From: Armatimonadota bacterium
GTDB taxonomy: Bacteria; Armatimonadota; Zipacnadia; Zipacnadales; VGFC01
Assembly (NCBI GenBank): GCA_016869045.1
Contig: VGFC01000004.1
Location: forward strand, 40 to 64,039
Length of the DNA stretch: 64,000 nt
Direction of reading: 5' to 3'
Part shown: one piece after another, positions 1 through 9,290 of the stretch
How positions within the stretch are numbered: position 1 is the stretch's first letter
How the letters are laid out: every line of letters begins with the position of its first letter
Notes under the pieces: model-generated
Told to the model about the DNA's origin: nothing
The model's database searches: none
Seen by the model: only the letters and a program-made list of their open reading frames with translations
Program-made: the position numbers and the translations under genes

Positions 1-1
1 C

Positions 2-2041
2 GCGGTCACTGGACCGCAGGGCTGCGTGATGTACCCGGGGCTGGACAACTACGACCCGCGCCGGGGCACGGTCGAGTTCTGGGCGCAGTCGCGCGCCGAG
101 GCACCGATCTGGACGGACGGCAAGGAGCACTGGTTGCTGGTCCTCTACCCAGAGCGCGCGGGCGCATCCCCGCGTTACGGGGTGGCCCCGTACTTCGTGG
201 TCCTGCGGAAGATGGCGGATGGCACGCTCGACTTGCGCGTGGTGAACGCCTCGGTGGCGCCGTACGCCGCGGCGGTGAGTCTCCGGGCGGCCCGCAGTTG
301 GTCGGTGAGCCTGCCTGCCGATGGCCTCGCGCCGGATGGCTGGCACCACCTTGCCGCCTCGTGGGACCTGGAGGGCCCCGGCCGGGCATGGCTACTCGTG
401 GACGGACAGGGCGTGACCGCTGAGCTCGGCCTGCCGGCGAACCACCTTGCGCCCAATCCGGGCGGGCTCATCGTGCTCGGCGGCATCTGGGGCCTGCCGG
501 GCGACGGAGTCGAGAGCTCAGGCTGCAGCCTGGATGACCTGCGCATCCAGTCCTCCACCGTCGCAGCACGGCTCGAGGGCGCGAGTCCACCGCCAGACCA
601 GACCTTGGACGAAGCCCGGCTGATAGCCGACGAGGACTCGGCAAGAGCCATGCTCGACCAGCTCCTGAAGCTGCAGTTCCACGGCGGCTGGGGCGCCAGC
701 TATCACTGGCCGACGTACACCCCCTCGGGCTGGGGCTTCATCGGGCGAGGCGTGGACATGTGGTTCCCGCACTCGGCCGAGGCGGGCCAGGCGCTCCTGC
801 GGGGCTGGATGCTCTGGGGCGATGACCGCTACCTCGATGGCGCCATCGAGGCCGCCGACATGTTCTGTCAGACCCAGATGGAGAACGGCTCGTGGGCGTA
901 TCACTACACCTACAGCCGCGGCGAGTTCCAGCGCTGGGGCGACCACGCGTACATAGCCCAGTCGATGCAGAGCAACCAGATCCGCTTCCTGTGCCTGATG
1001 AGCAAGCGGTTGGGCTACGAGCGCTACGAGCAGGCGATCCGCAAGGCCGGCGATTGGATGGTCTCCATCCAGTTCCCCAGCGGCGCCTGGGGCTGGGAGG
1101 CCTACCCGCTCGGGCAGACGGGCCCCTACGGCCATCCGGCCCTCAACGATGCCGTGACGCCCCAGGCCATGTACGACCTGTTCGTCATCTGGTGCGCGAC
1201 CGGGGACGACAAGTACCTCCAACCGATTCTGCGCGGCGCCGACTGGGTCATCGAGGCCCAGGCCGACGCGCCCACCTACGGCTGGGCGGACCAGTACAAC
1301 GAGAAGAACGAGTTCATCTGGATGCGCAACTTCGAGCCCCCGGCGGTCTCCATGCAGGCGATCAGCTCCGCCACGTGGGGCCTGTGCCTGGCCTATGACC
1401 TCTCCGGTGACCCCAGGTACCTGGAGCCACTGAAGAAGGTCCTCGAGTGGATGGACACCGTACCGGAGGATCAGCGCGGCTGGCTGTGGTACGACCCGGC
1501 GACGAGTGGCCCGGTCGTGGCCTACAACAACGAGATGCTCCCCGTGACGCACCCGAAAGCCATCGCGGAGATGATCCCGCGGTTGGACGCGCACTACGGC
1601 ACCAAGTACCCCTGGCAGGCCGACCGCATCCGCAATGAACTGAAGTACCGGGAGAACGGACCGGTGTACTGCGACTGGCACGGGTGGTGGCGGCCCCGCA
1701 AGGAGTTCGCTCAGCCGCGAACGGCGGCCGAGTTCGCCGAGGCGTTCAAGGCCGACCGTGCGAAGGGCGCCCGGGAGCAGGTTCAAGCCTGGGCCGCGGG
1801 CAAGCCGCTCGGCGGCATCCTGGGCGGGAGCGTCTCGGACGGCCGGACCTTCGAGATCGGCAACGCCATCCGCTACTGCGAGCAGCTCCTCACCGAGAGC
1901 GAGAACGCACGGGTCGGCGTCGGCGACCTGCCGGTTGAGAGCATCCCGCTCTACTATCGCGGCGGCAGCAACAACTGGACCTACATGGAGCCCCAGCGGG
2001 ACTACTTCGCGACACCTCTGGGCGCGACGGGAGGGGGATGA
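2..2041 (+). CDS. 5'-partial secreted polysaccharide-lyase-like protein: ConA/LamG-like beta-sandwich followed by an (alpha/alpha)-toroid domain resembling the PL10 pectate lyase family; frame is open to the window edge
   Basis: 671-aa ORF whose frame has no stop back to base 2. N-terminal half has LamG-like composition (…GWHHLAASWDLEGPGRAWLLVDGQ…). C-terminal half has repeated aromatic GW/WG motifs (AWGWEAYP, YGWADQYNEKNEF, WGLCLAYD) typical of alpha/alpha toroid lyases. Confidence 0.35.
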   Translation, partial: AVTGPQGCVMYPGLDNYDPRRGTVEFWAQSRAEAPIWTDGKEHWLLVLYPERAGASPRYGVAPYFVVLRKMADGTLDLRVVNASVAPYAAAVSLRAARSWSVSLPADGLAPDGWHHLAASWDLEGPGRAWLLVDGQGVTAELGLPANHLAPNPGGLIVLGGIWGLPGDGVESSGCSLDDLRIQSSTVAARLEGASPPPDQTLDEARLIADEDSARAMLDQLLKLQFHGGWGASYHWPTYTPSGWGFIGRGVDMWFPHSAEAGQALLRGWMLWGDDRYLDGAIEAADMFCQTQMENGSWAYHYTYSRGEFQRWGDHAYIAQSMQSNQIRFLCLMSKRLGYERYEQAIRKAGDWMVSIQFPSGAWGWEAYPLGQTGPYGHPALNDAVTPQAMYDLFVIWCATGDDKYLQPILRGADWVIEAQADAPTYGWADQYNEKNEFIWMRNFEPPAVSMQAISSATWGLCLAYDLSGDPRYLEPLKKVLEWMDTVPEDQRGWLWYDPATSGPVVAYNNEMLPVTHPKAIAEMIPRLDAHYGTKYPWQADRIRNELKYRENGPVYCDWHGWWRPRKEFAQPRTAAEFAEAFKADRAKGAREQVQAWAAGKPLGGILGGSVSDGRTFEIGNAIRYCEQLLTESENARVGVGDLPVESIPLYYRGGSNNWTYMEPQRDYFATPLGATGGG

Positions 2042-3276
2042 CCGTGGGCAAGACCATCCTGATGATCGGCGCGTTCGACACCAAGGGCGCGGAGTACGCC
2101 TTCCTGCGAGAGCGAATCCTCGCGCAAGGACACGGGGTACTGACCGCCAACACGGGAGTGCTGGGCTCCACGAGCGTGTTCCCGGTGGATGTCGAGGCAG
2201 ACGAGGTCGCTGAAGCGGGTGGCGCCAAGCTGTCTGACCTCCGCGAGCGCCACGACCGCGGCGAGGCGATGAAGGCCATGACGGCCGGGGCGCCCGTCGT
2301 CGTCCGGAGGCTGTTCGACGAGGGCTGCTTGGACGGCATCATCGGCATGGGCGGCACGGGTGGCTCGACGGTCGTGGCGGCAGCCATGCGCGCGCTGCCG
2401 GTAGGCGTGCCGAAGGTCTGTGTCTCCACCGCGGCCTCGGGGGACACCTCAGCCTACGTCGGCACCAAGGACGTGACGATGATCCCCTCTATCGTCGATG
2501 TGGCCGGGGTCAACCGCATCTCGCGCATCATCTTTGCCCGCGCGGCCGGCGCGATCTGCGGCATGGTCGCGGCGGAGGTGACGCCAGTCGCGGAAGACCG
2601 CCCGGTGATTGCCGCCTCGATGTTCGGCAACACCACGGAGTGCGTGAACGCGTGTGCGAAGGCGCTGGAGGCCGAGGGCTACGAGGTCCTCATCTTCCAC
2701 GCCACCGGCGCCGGCGGACGGACGATGGAATCCCTCGTGCGTGAGGGCCTGGTCGATGCGGTGCTCGACATCACGACCACCGAATGGGCCGACACCGTGT
2801 GCGGGGGCGTGTTCGACGCCGGGCCGGAGCGCCTGAGCGCGCCCGGCGAGATGGGCGTGCCGCATCTCATCGTGCCCGGCTGCGTGGACATGGCGAACTT
2901 CGGCCCGCTCGACACGGTGCCCGCGAAGTACCGGGACGCGGATCGCCTGCTCTACGAGTGGAACCCGTCGGTCACGCTGATGCGGACGGATGTCGAGGAG
3001 AACCGCCTGATGGGCGCGGTCTTCGCCGGGAAGGCCAACGCCGCGAAAGGCCCGGTGGCGCTCCTGGTCCCTCTGCGCGGCGTGTCGATCCTCGACGGCG
3101 AGGGGCAGCCGTTCTGCGACCGCGAGGCCGATTCCGCCATGTTCGATGTCCTCCGCGAGAACCTGCGCAGCGACATCCCTTACGCTGAACTGGATGCCAA
3201 CATCAACGACGCGGCGTTCTCCAGCCGCGCGGTCGAGATGATGCTGGAGCTGATCGCCCGCAAGCGAGGTGCATGA
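2038..3276 (+). CDS. UPF0261 family protein (Tm-1-like N-terminal domain; putative nucleotide-binding)
   Basis: 412-aa ORF beginning MTVGKTILMIGAFDTKGAEYAFLRE, the hallmark N-terminus of UPF0261. Its usual partner, a PEP-hydrolase-like TIM barrel, is encoded 700 bp downstream. Confidence 0.7.
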   Translation: MTVGKTILMIGAFDTKGAEYAFLRERILAQGHGVLTANTGVLGSTSVFPVDVEADEVAEAGGAKLSDLRERHDRGEAMKAMTAGAPVVVRRLFDEGCLDGIIGMGGTGGSTVVAAAMRALPVGVPKVCVSTAASGDTSAYVGTKDVTMIPSIVDVAGVNRISRIIFARAAGAICGMVAAEVTPVAEDRPVIAASMFGNTTECVNACAKALEAEGYEVLIFHATGAGGRTMESLVREGLVDAVLDITTTEWADTVCGGVFDAGPERLSAPGEMGVPHLIVPGCVDMANFGPLDTVPAKYRDADRLLYEWNPSVTLMRTDVEENRLMGAVFAGKANAAKGPVALLVPLRGVSILDGEGQPFCDREADSAMFDVLRENLRSDIPYAELDANINDAAFSSRAVEMMLELIARKRGA

Positions 3277-3692
3277 TGGGCTGTGACGAGAAGCTCGTGT
3301 TCGTCGAAGAGGCCGACGTGGAGACACAGGTCTTCGACTGGGGCCGCCTGTCGTGGCTGAGCGAGCCGCGCGTAACCGCCGCCGAGCGCTTCAGCGCGGG
3401 CGTCGTGAAGCTCGAGCCGGGCGGGGGCCACGACCGCCACAATCACCCGGGCGTTGAGGAGATTCTCTACGTGATCAGCGGCAAGGGCTGGCAGGTTGTC
3501 GATGCGCCGAGCGGCCGGCAGGAGCGCGAGATCGGGCCCGGCGTCCTTGTCCACATCCCGCCGGACGTGTACCATTCCACTGTGAACACCGGCGAGAGGA
3601 CGATGGCCATCCTGGCGATCTACGCGCCGCCCGGCCCCGAGGCGGAGCTGCGAGCCATGCCGGGCGTCATCATCGAGCCGCCACAGCGGTGA
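3273..3692 (+). CDS. cupin domain protein
   Basis: 139 aa with a cupin motif (GGGHDRHNHPGVEEILYVISGKG…HIPPDVYHS). Start overlaps the upstream stop (ATGA). Confidence 0.6.
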   Translation: MMGCDEKLVFVEEADVETQVFDWGRLSWLSEPRVTAAERFSAGVVKLEPGGGHDRHNHPGVEEILYVISGKGWQVVDAPSGRQEREIGPGVLVHIPPDVYHSTVNTGERTMAILAIYAPPGPEAELRAMPGVIIEPPQR

Positions 3693-3715
3693 GGGAGGGG
3701 CCGGGGAGGTGTGGA

Positions 3716-3937
3716 ATGACCGACTACCACATCAACATCTTCTACAGCGACGAGGATGGCGGCTACATCGCTGACATTCCCGACCTGGAGCACTGCTCAG
3801 CCTTCGGCGACACGCCCGAGCAGGCGCTGGCAGAGGTCGCGAGGGCCAAGGCAGCTTGGCTGGAGGCCGCGCGCGCGGCCGGCAAGCCCATACCAGAACC
3901 CCGCTACCGTCCTCTCATCTACCAGGTCGCCCATTGA
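3716..3937 (+). CDS. HicB-like antitoxin family protein (UPF0150), apparently orphan
   Basis: MTDYHINIFYSDEDGGYIADIPDLEHCSAFGDTPEQALAEVARAKAAWLEA matches the HicB N-terminal RNase-H-like fold. GGGGAGG RBS lies 7 nt upstream of the ATG at 3716. No HicA-sized partner ORF nearby. Confidence 0.5.
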   Translation: MTDYHINIFYSDEDGGYIADIPDLEHCSAFGDTPEQALAEVARAKAAWLEAARAAGKPIPEPRYRPLIYQVAH

Positions 3938-3995
3938 GCCAGTCCGACGCTGAGTTCTGCCGGCGTTCGGCAGCCCAGGAACGGAGGGATACCCC

Positions 3996-4832
3996 ATGTC
4001 GTTCACTCGCTCCGAAGTCCTCGCCCGTCTGCGCAAGAGCATCGACGCCGGCGTCCCGATCATCGGCGCGGGCGCCGGGACCGGGATCAGCGCCAAGTTC
4101 GAGGAGGCCGGGGGCGTCGATCTCATCATCATCTACAACTCCGGCCGCTACCGCATGGCGGGGCGCGGATCGCTGGCGGGCCTGATGCCCTACGGCGACG
4201 CGAACGCCATCGTCATGGAGATGGCCGGCGAGGTGCTGACCATCGTCGAGGACACGCCGGTCCTCGCAGGCGTATGCGCCACCGACCCCTTCCGCCAGAT
4301 GGACAAGTTCCTGCAGGAGGTCAAGGCCATCGGCTTCGCGGGGGTGCAGAACTTCCCGACAGTCGGCCTCATCGACGGGCTCTTCCGCCAGAACCTGGAG
4401 GAGACGGGCATGGGCTACGGGCTGGAGGTGGAGATGATCCGCCTCGCCCGCGCGATGGACTTGGTGACCACGCCCTACTGCTTCAACGCCCACGAGGGCC
4501 GGCTGATGGCCGAGGCGGGGGCCGACATCGTCGTCGCCCACATGGGCCTGACGACCAAGGGCTCCATCGGCGCGACGACGGCGGTGACCCTCGAAGAGGC
4601 GCCCGCCAGGGTGCAGGAGATCGCCGACGCCGCGAAGGCCGTGAACCCGGACGTGATCGTCCTGTGCCACGGCGGCCCGATCTCCGAGCCCGAGGATGCC
4701 GAGTACGTGTTGCAGCGCACTCAGGGCGTCCACGGTTTCTACGGCGCATCGAGCATGGAGCGCCTGCCCGTCGAAGTCGCGATCACCGAGCACATGCGCA
4801 AGTTCAAGGCCGTGAGGTTCCGCACGCCATGA
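3996..4832 (+). CDS. phosphoenolpyruvate hydrolase-like TIM-barrel protein (Tm-1 C-terminal-domain-like)
   Basis: 278 aa, [68 protein letters not shown]. Conserved partner of UPF0261 genes. Confidence 0.65.
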   Translation: MSFTRSEVLARLRKSIDAGVPIIGAGAGTGISAKFEEAGGVDLIIIYNSGRYRMAGRGSLAGLMPYGDANAIVMEMAGEVLTIVEDTPVLAGVCATDPFRQMDKFLQEVKAIGFAGVQNFPTVGLIDGLFRQNLEETGMGYGLEVEMIRLARAMDLVTTPYCFNAHEGRLMAEAGADIVVAHMGLTTKGSIGATTAVTLEEAPARVQEIADAAKAVNPDVIVLCHGGPISEPEDAEYVLQRTQGVHGFYGASSMERLPVEVAITEHMRKFKAVRFRTP

Positions 4833-6034
4833 CCGCACGCCAACGCTTCCAGGCGATCATCCGGCACGAACGCCCCGATCGGCTTCCCTACACCTTCGGC
4901 GGGCCGCGCGCCTCGACGTTCGCGGCCTGGCGCAAGCAGGGCCTCTCCGAGGAGCAGCAGGCGAACTGGCATCGGTTCGTCGGCGAGGACGGCGCCACGG
5001 GGATCGGCACGCTGGACTGCGGTTGGCGCCCGCCCTTCGAGGAAGTCACGCTGGAGATCGACGGCAACAAGCGCATCTGGGTCGACTCGTGGGGCGTCAA
5101 GCGCCTGGACGCCATCGCGCAGCCGACCGAGGGGTTCCAGACCCGCAAGTACATCGAGTTCCCGGTGAAGTGCCCGGCGGACTTCGAGGCGATGAAGCAG
5201 CGCTTCGACCCTCACGATCCCGCGCGCACCGCGAACGAGGATTGGCGCAACCACCTCGAGCGGTGCCGCGATTCAGCGGTGCCCGTCATGGTGACCGTGC
5301 CCGGGCCGTACTGGCGCACGCGCGACTGGTGCGGGTTCGAGGGGCTGTCGCTGATGGTCTACGACCAGCCGGCGCTCGTGCACGAGATGTTCGAGTTCTG
5401 GACCTGGTTCCTCATGGAGCTGCTCGACGAGCCCCTGAAGCACATCGAGGTGGATGAACTCATCACCAATGAGGACATGGCCTTCAAGGGTCAAGCGATG
5501 CTCTCCCCGGCCAAGATGCGCGAGTTCCTCGTGCCGTGCTACCGCAAGCTGTACGAGTTCCTCAAGGAGCGCGGCGTGCGGGCCGTTGTGATGGACTGCG
5601 ACGGCTACAACAACCAGATCCTCGATACGATGTACCCGGAGTGTCTCGATGGGATTCAGCCCATCGAGATCGCCGCGGGCAACGAGCCCGAGGAGATTCT
5701 GGCGCGCTATCCCGGCATCTTCATCCACGGCGGTATCGACAAGCGGGAGTTGCGCTTCAGCCGCGAGCAGGCGCGCGCCGAGGTGGCTCGCCGTTTCCGC
5801 ACCGCCCACGAGCAGGGCGGGTACATCCCGCATGTGGACCACGGCGTCCCGCCCGACATCCCCTTGCGCAACTTCCTGTACTACGTCGAGCTGGCGAAGG
5901 GCTTCGCGCGCGGCGAGGACCTGGAGACCTACAAACCGCCCTGCGAGCTGGAGCAGCAGCTTGGCCCGATCGAGGAGATGTTCGACCCCCGCCGGGCAAT
6001 CGCCCTGGCCTATGCCGACGACGACGAGCACTGA
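4829..6034 (+). CDS. uroporphyrinogen-decarboxylase (URO-D) superfamily protein (MtaA/CmuA-like methyltransferase or decarboxylase)
   Basis: ATG at 4829 overlaps the upstream TGA. About 401 aa with URO-D-like conservation to the C-terminus (…[26 protein letters not shown]…). The longer track ORF from 4274 is an out-of-frame artefact over the upstream gene. Confidence 0.55.
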   Translation: MTARQRFQAIIRHERPDRLPYTFGGPRASTFAAWRKQGLSEEQQANWHRFVGEDGATGIGTLDCGWRPPFEEVTLEIDGNKRIWVDSWGVKRLDAIAQPTEGFQTRKYIEFPVKCPADFEAMKQRFDPHDPARTANEDWRNHLERCRDSAVPVMVTVPGPYWRTRDWCGFEGLSLMVYDQPALVHEMFEFWTWFLMELLDEPLKHIEVDELITNEDMAFKGQAMLSPAKMREFLVPCYRKLYEFLKERGVRAVVMDCDGYNNQILDTMYPECLDGIQPIEIAAGNEPEEILARYPGIFIHGGIDKRELRFSREQARAEVARRFRTAHEQGGYIPHVDHGVPPDIPLRNFLYYVELAKGFARGEDLETYKPPCELEQQLGPIEEMFDPRRAIALAYADDDEH

Positions 6035-6059
6035 AGGGAATGCGGGGACATGACCCACC

Positions 6060-6121
6060 GGGAATTGAGGGACATGACCCAATTCGGTCGTATCGAATTG
6101 GGATCGTGTCCCTCAATTCCC
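6060..6121. repeat. near-perfect 27-bp inverted repeat (GGGAATTGAGGGACATGACCCAATTCG / CGAATTGGGATCGTGTCCCTCAATTCCC) with flanking short direct repeats
   Basis: Read directly. Arms are reverse complements with 2-3 mismatches and a 7-nt loop. GGGACATGACCCA occurs twice and CCGAACTCCC twice. Sits between the URO-D-like stop (6034) and the GT4 start. Confidence 0.6.
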
Positions 6122-6163
6122 CCGAACTCCCGGCCGAACTCCCGCCCCAGAGAGGACCCGCGA

Positions 6164-7252
6164 TTGAGAGTCGTCCTTGCGGCGCTGCATTTCATCGATT
6201 ACACCGTCCACCTCGCGAACGCGATGGCGAAGCTCGCGGACACGACGCTGGTCATCGCGCGGCGGAAGGCCGAGCACATCCTCGGCGCCATCGATCCCGC
6301 GGTCACGCGCCACGAGGTCGATCTCCCGCGCGTGATGTCGCTCGGCGGGTACCTGTGGGGACGGAAGCTGGCGCGCGACATCCTCGCGATGGCGCCGGAC
6401 GTCGTCCACATGCAGGAGGTGAACCCCTGGTTCGACCTCCAGGCGCCCTGGATCGCAAAGCGGGCGGCGCTGGTGAACACGGTGCATGATGTCGAGCGCC
6501 ATCCGGGCCACCGGCAGGCGAAGCGCGTGCCCTTCATCCGGCGAATGGCGCGGCGGGCGGCGCACCGCCTCATCGTGCACGGGCAGGCGCTCAAGCGGAT
6601 GATGGTCGAGGACGAGGGCGCGCCCGAGAGCAAGGTGCATGTCATCCCCCACGGCAACTTCCTCCACTACCTCACCTGGGGCGACGCGTCGGTGCCGGAG
6701 GAGCCCGACACGGTCCTCTTCTTCGGTCGCATCTGGGAGTACAAGGGCCTGGAGTACCTCATCCGCGCGGAGCCGGCGATCTCGCAGGCAATCCCCAACC
6801 TGAAGATCATCATCGGCGGACAGGGCGAGGACTTCGCCCGCTACCGGGCGATGATGGTTCACCCGGAGCGCTTCGAGGTGCACAACGAGTTCGTGAGCCG
6901 CGATCTGTCGGCCGACCTGTTCCGGCGCGCCAGTGTCGTCGTGCTCCCGTACACGGAGGCCTCCCAGAGCGGCGTCCTGGCGTTCGCGTACACGTTCGGG
7001 AAACCCGTGGTGGTGACGAACGTCGGCAGCCTGCCGGAGGTGGTGGACCAAGGGGAGACGGGCCTTGTCGTCCCACCGAGGGATGAGGAAGCCCTCGCGA
7101 AGGCTGTCGTGGCGATTCTCGACAACCCCGAGAAGCGACGAGAGATGGGCCGCAAGGCTCACGGGAAGGCGACGACCGATCTGTCGTGGGAGAGAATCGC
7201 CGAGCGGACGCTGGCCGTCTACCGGGAGGCCGTCGCGGCGCGCCGTCTTTGA
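6164..7252 (+). CDS. glycosyltransferase family 4 (GT-B fold)
   Basis: C-terminal GT4 signature (…VLPYTEASQSGVLAFAYTFGKPVVVTNVGSLPEVVDQGETGLVVPP…). Proposed TTG start at 6164 has an AGAGGA RBS 8 nt upstream; the track ORF start (6050) lies inside the inverted repeat. Confidence 0.7.
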   Translation: MRVVLAALHFIDYTVHLANAMAKLADTTLVIARRKAEHILGAIDPAVTRHEVDLPRVMSLGGYLWGRKLARDILAMAPDVVHMQEVNPWFDLQAPWIAKRAALVNTVHDVERHPGHRQAKRVPFIRRMARRAAHRLIVHGQALKRMMVEDEGAPESKVHVIPHGNFLHYLTWGDASVPEEPDTVLFFGRIWEYKGLEYLIRAEPAISQAIPNLKIIIGGQGEDFARYRAMMVHPERFEVHNEFVSRDLSADLFRRASVVVLPYTEASQSGVLAFAYTFGKPVVVTNVGSLPEVVDQGETGLVVPPRDEEALAKAVVAILDNPEKRREMGRKAHGKATTDLSWERIAERTLAVYREAVAARRL

Positions 7253-7265
7253 GCCGGTGAAGCCA

Positions 7266-7296
7266 GAACGAGGAGCGGATCGACCGCTCCCCGTTC
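7266..7296 (+). terminator. GC-rich stem-loop downstream of the GT4 gene (gaacgaggagcgg-atcgac-ccgctccccgttc)
   Basis: 13-bp near-perfect stem read from sequence, 14 nt after the stop. No U-tract, so intrinsic-terminator status is uncertain. Confidence 0.3.
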
Positions 7297-7547
7297 TCTC
7301 ACGACTTCGGTTGTCGCCGGAAGGCAATGGCGCCCTCCCGGGCCCTGCTACGGCGTACGCTGCGTGTAGCCCGTGGAGTTCCTGGCTCCCGGGGGTCTCC
7401 TGGGCGCGGTGCGCGCCCGATCACCGACCGATCCGAGTCACAAGGTCCACGTCACACGTCCCAGACGATCACTCTCCCCTACTTCGGCGTCCTCCCAGGA
7501 GTTCCTGCCGGCCCGCGAAAAAAAAGGTGCGCCGGGGTGCCCGCCCC

Positions 7548-8210
7548 TCACCGGCCGTCCGGCGACTCCGGCTTGAAGGGCACGGGCGGCTCGCCCTGGC
7601 GGCCGAGTTCCTCCACCACTTCGCTCTGGCTGAGGAACGGGAAGGCCGACGGGTCGCCAGCTGGCGGTACTGACGCCTTCGGCCGCGGGTCGCCCACACG
7701 GGAGCGCAGGCCGGCGAGAATCGCCGCGATCACCGCGAGGACCAGCCCGGCAGTCCACTGCCGGCAGATCAGCAGGTAGAGAGCGATGAAGCCCACAGCC
7801 GTCGCGCCTAGCACCAGTGCAAGCGCCAGGTAGTCCGGTGGGTCTGCCGCGGTGTCGTACGGGTCCCACTGCTCCTCCGGCCACTCGATCTCGCGGTCAG
7901 ACCGCAGGAAGAGCGCCGCCCGCACGAACGCGTTCCACGACGCCGGCGACAGGCTGCCCGACCCCACATTGGGGAAAAGGCCAGCGCCTTCACCGACGGG
8001 GCCTCGCAGTGTGTACTCCGGAAACTCCTGCCACAGCCGGACGACCACCGCCAGGACCGCCGGATCGGGGTGCCCTGCCTCCTTCGAGGCAGTCGCGAAG
8101 CGCCTGAACCCACGCCCAAGCGCCGGCCCGTCGATCGGGTCGCGGAGGAAACCCTCGATCCACGTCGCCAACAGGTCACGCAACTCGCGGTTGACCATTG
8201 CAGCCCCCAC
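7548..8210 (-). CDS. hypothetical protein with one predicted TM helix
   Basis: 220-aa ORF, last gene of a long minus-strand operon. Hydrophobic segment ALALVLGATAVGFIALYLLICRQWTAGLVLAVIAAILAG. Confidence 0.35.
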   Translation of the reverse strand: MGAAMVNRELRDLLATWIEGFLRDPIDGPALGRGFRRFATASKEAGHPDPAVLAVVVRLWQEFPEYTLRGPVGEGAGLFPNVGSGSLSPASWNAFVRAALFLRSDREIEWPEEQWDPYDTAADPPDYLALALVLGATAVGFIALYLLICRQWTAGLVLAVIAAILAGLRSRVGDPRPKASVPPAGDPSAFPFLSQSEVVEELGRQGEPPVPFKPESPDGR

Positions 8211-8242
8211 AACCGCCCCTACAAGGAGGTTGCCGGACGGCC

Positions 8243-9223
8243 TCAGAGCGCCACGACCCTCGCCGTCCTCGCCGATTCCAGCAACCCGCAGATCGCCGCC
8301 ATGTTGCCGAGGCTGTCCTGACGGGACAGGATGGGAGCCTCCCCCTCCGTGACCACGCGCCCGAAGTGCTCGACCTGCAGGACGTACGGGCTGGCGCCGG
8401 CGATCTCGATCTCCTCGCGACCGGAGGCGTCGTGGACGACGATCTTCGACGCATCGCCCGGCTTCCAGGGCACGGGCACTTCGATCCGGCCCGTGCTGCC
8501 GACGATCTCGGCGCTGCTACGGCCCGCGTGCTGGACGCCGACATCGAACTGCGCGTGGATGCCGCCCTCGAAGATGAGCGTGCCTGCGAAGCTCTCATCC
8601 ACGCCGCTGTCCTCGCCGAACTTCGCGGCGGCGAAGACGGCCGTCGGCTCGGCACCCGCGATGAAGCGCGACAGGTTGGTGCAGTAGCAGCCGACATCCA
8701 TCAGGGCGCCGCCGTGGAGGGGTCCGCTGAGTCGGATGTTCGCGGGGTCGCCGATGAAGAAGGAGAAGGTCGAATGGACCAGCCGCAGCTCGCCGATTCG
8801 GCCCGAGTCCACGATCTCCTTCAGCTTCGCCGTCTGCGGATGGCAGCGGTACATGAAGGCTTCCATGAGCCTCACGCCGTTCGCGTCCGCGGCCGCGAAC
8901 ATGCGCTGCGCCTCCTCGACCGTGACGGACAGCGGCTTCTCGCAGAGGATGTGCTTCCCGGCCTCGGCGGCCCTGACCGTCCACTCGCAGTGCAGCGAGT
9001 TTGGCAACGAGTTGTAGACGATCTCGACCTCGGGGTCGGCGAACAAGTCCTCGTAGGACCCATGCGCTCTGGCCGCGCCCTTGTCGTCAGCGAAGGCCTT
9101 CGCCCGGTCCGGATCGCGGCTGCCGACCGCAACCAGCTCCGCCGCGTCCGCCGCGTTGATCGCGTCCGCCAGCACCTTCGCAATCATCCCCGTGCCGATG
9201 ATGCCCCAGCGGGCCTTCAGCAT
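8243..9223 (-). CDS. Gfo/Idh/MocA family NAD(P)-dependent oxidoreductase
   Basis: Start MLKARWGIIGTGMIAKVLADAI (Rossmann GxGxxG), then EKPLSVTVEEAQRM and MEAFMYRCHP family motifs. Start moved to the internal ATG at 9223 because the upstream extension is low-complexity Gly/Arg. Confidence 0.7.
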   Translation of the reverse strand: MLKARWGIIGTGMIAKVLADAINAADAAELVAVGSRDPDRAKAFADDKGAARAHGSYEDLFADPEVEIVYNSLPNSLHCEWTVRAAEAGKHILCEKPLSVTVEEAQRMFAAADANGVRLMEAFMYRCHPQTAKLKEIVDSGRIGELRLVHSTFSFFIGDPANIRLSGPLHGGALMDVGCYCTNLSRFIAGAEPTAVFAAAKFGEDSGVDESFAGTLIFEGGIHAQFDVGVQHAGRSSAEIVGSTGRIEVPVPWKPGDASKIVVHDASGREEIEIAGASPYVLQVEHFGRVVTEGEAPILSRQDSLGNMAAICGLLESARTARVVAL

Positions 9224-9244
9224 GCTCCCCTCCAACGCCCGAAT

Positions 9245-9290
9245 AGCCAACCCGAAACTCGCAACCCGGAACCCGAGACTCCCTACCCTC
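9245..9290. repeat. family C short repeat (aacccgaaactcgcaacccggaacccgagac)
   Basis: CCCGAAAC-type heptad-like repeats in the spacer between the eda stop and the Gfo/Idh/MocA start. Confidence 0.4.

Noticed and set aside
518-1786. Long antisense ORFs in the track (e.g. 518-1786 minus, 6113-7327 minus, 50067-51134 minus, 54704-56815 minus, 47920-50343 plus)
   Set aside because: They lie opposite strongly supported genes with clear family motifs. Long antisense ORFs are expected at 67% GC because stop codons are AT-rich. Their products are low-complexity Arg/Gly/Pro-rich.
3689-3953. HicA toxin partner for the HicB-like gene
   Set aside because: No 55-70-aa ORF with a HicA-like dsRBD pattern was found within 2 kb on either strand. 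The overlapping 65-aa ORF (3756-3953) is a low-complexity out-of-frame artefact.
4274-4828. 5' extension of the track ORF 4274-6034
   Set aside because: This part is out of frame with, and overlaps, the well-supported TIM-barrel gene. A URO-D-like start with ATGA overlap at 4829 explains the gene.
7500-7548. A8 run (cccgcgaaaaaaaaggtgcgcc) as an intrinsic terminator for the minus-strand hypothetical gene
   Set aside because: On the minus strand the T8 tract is not preceded by a convincing GC stem. It may still be a weak terminator, but the evidence is insufficient to list.
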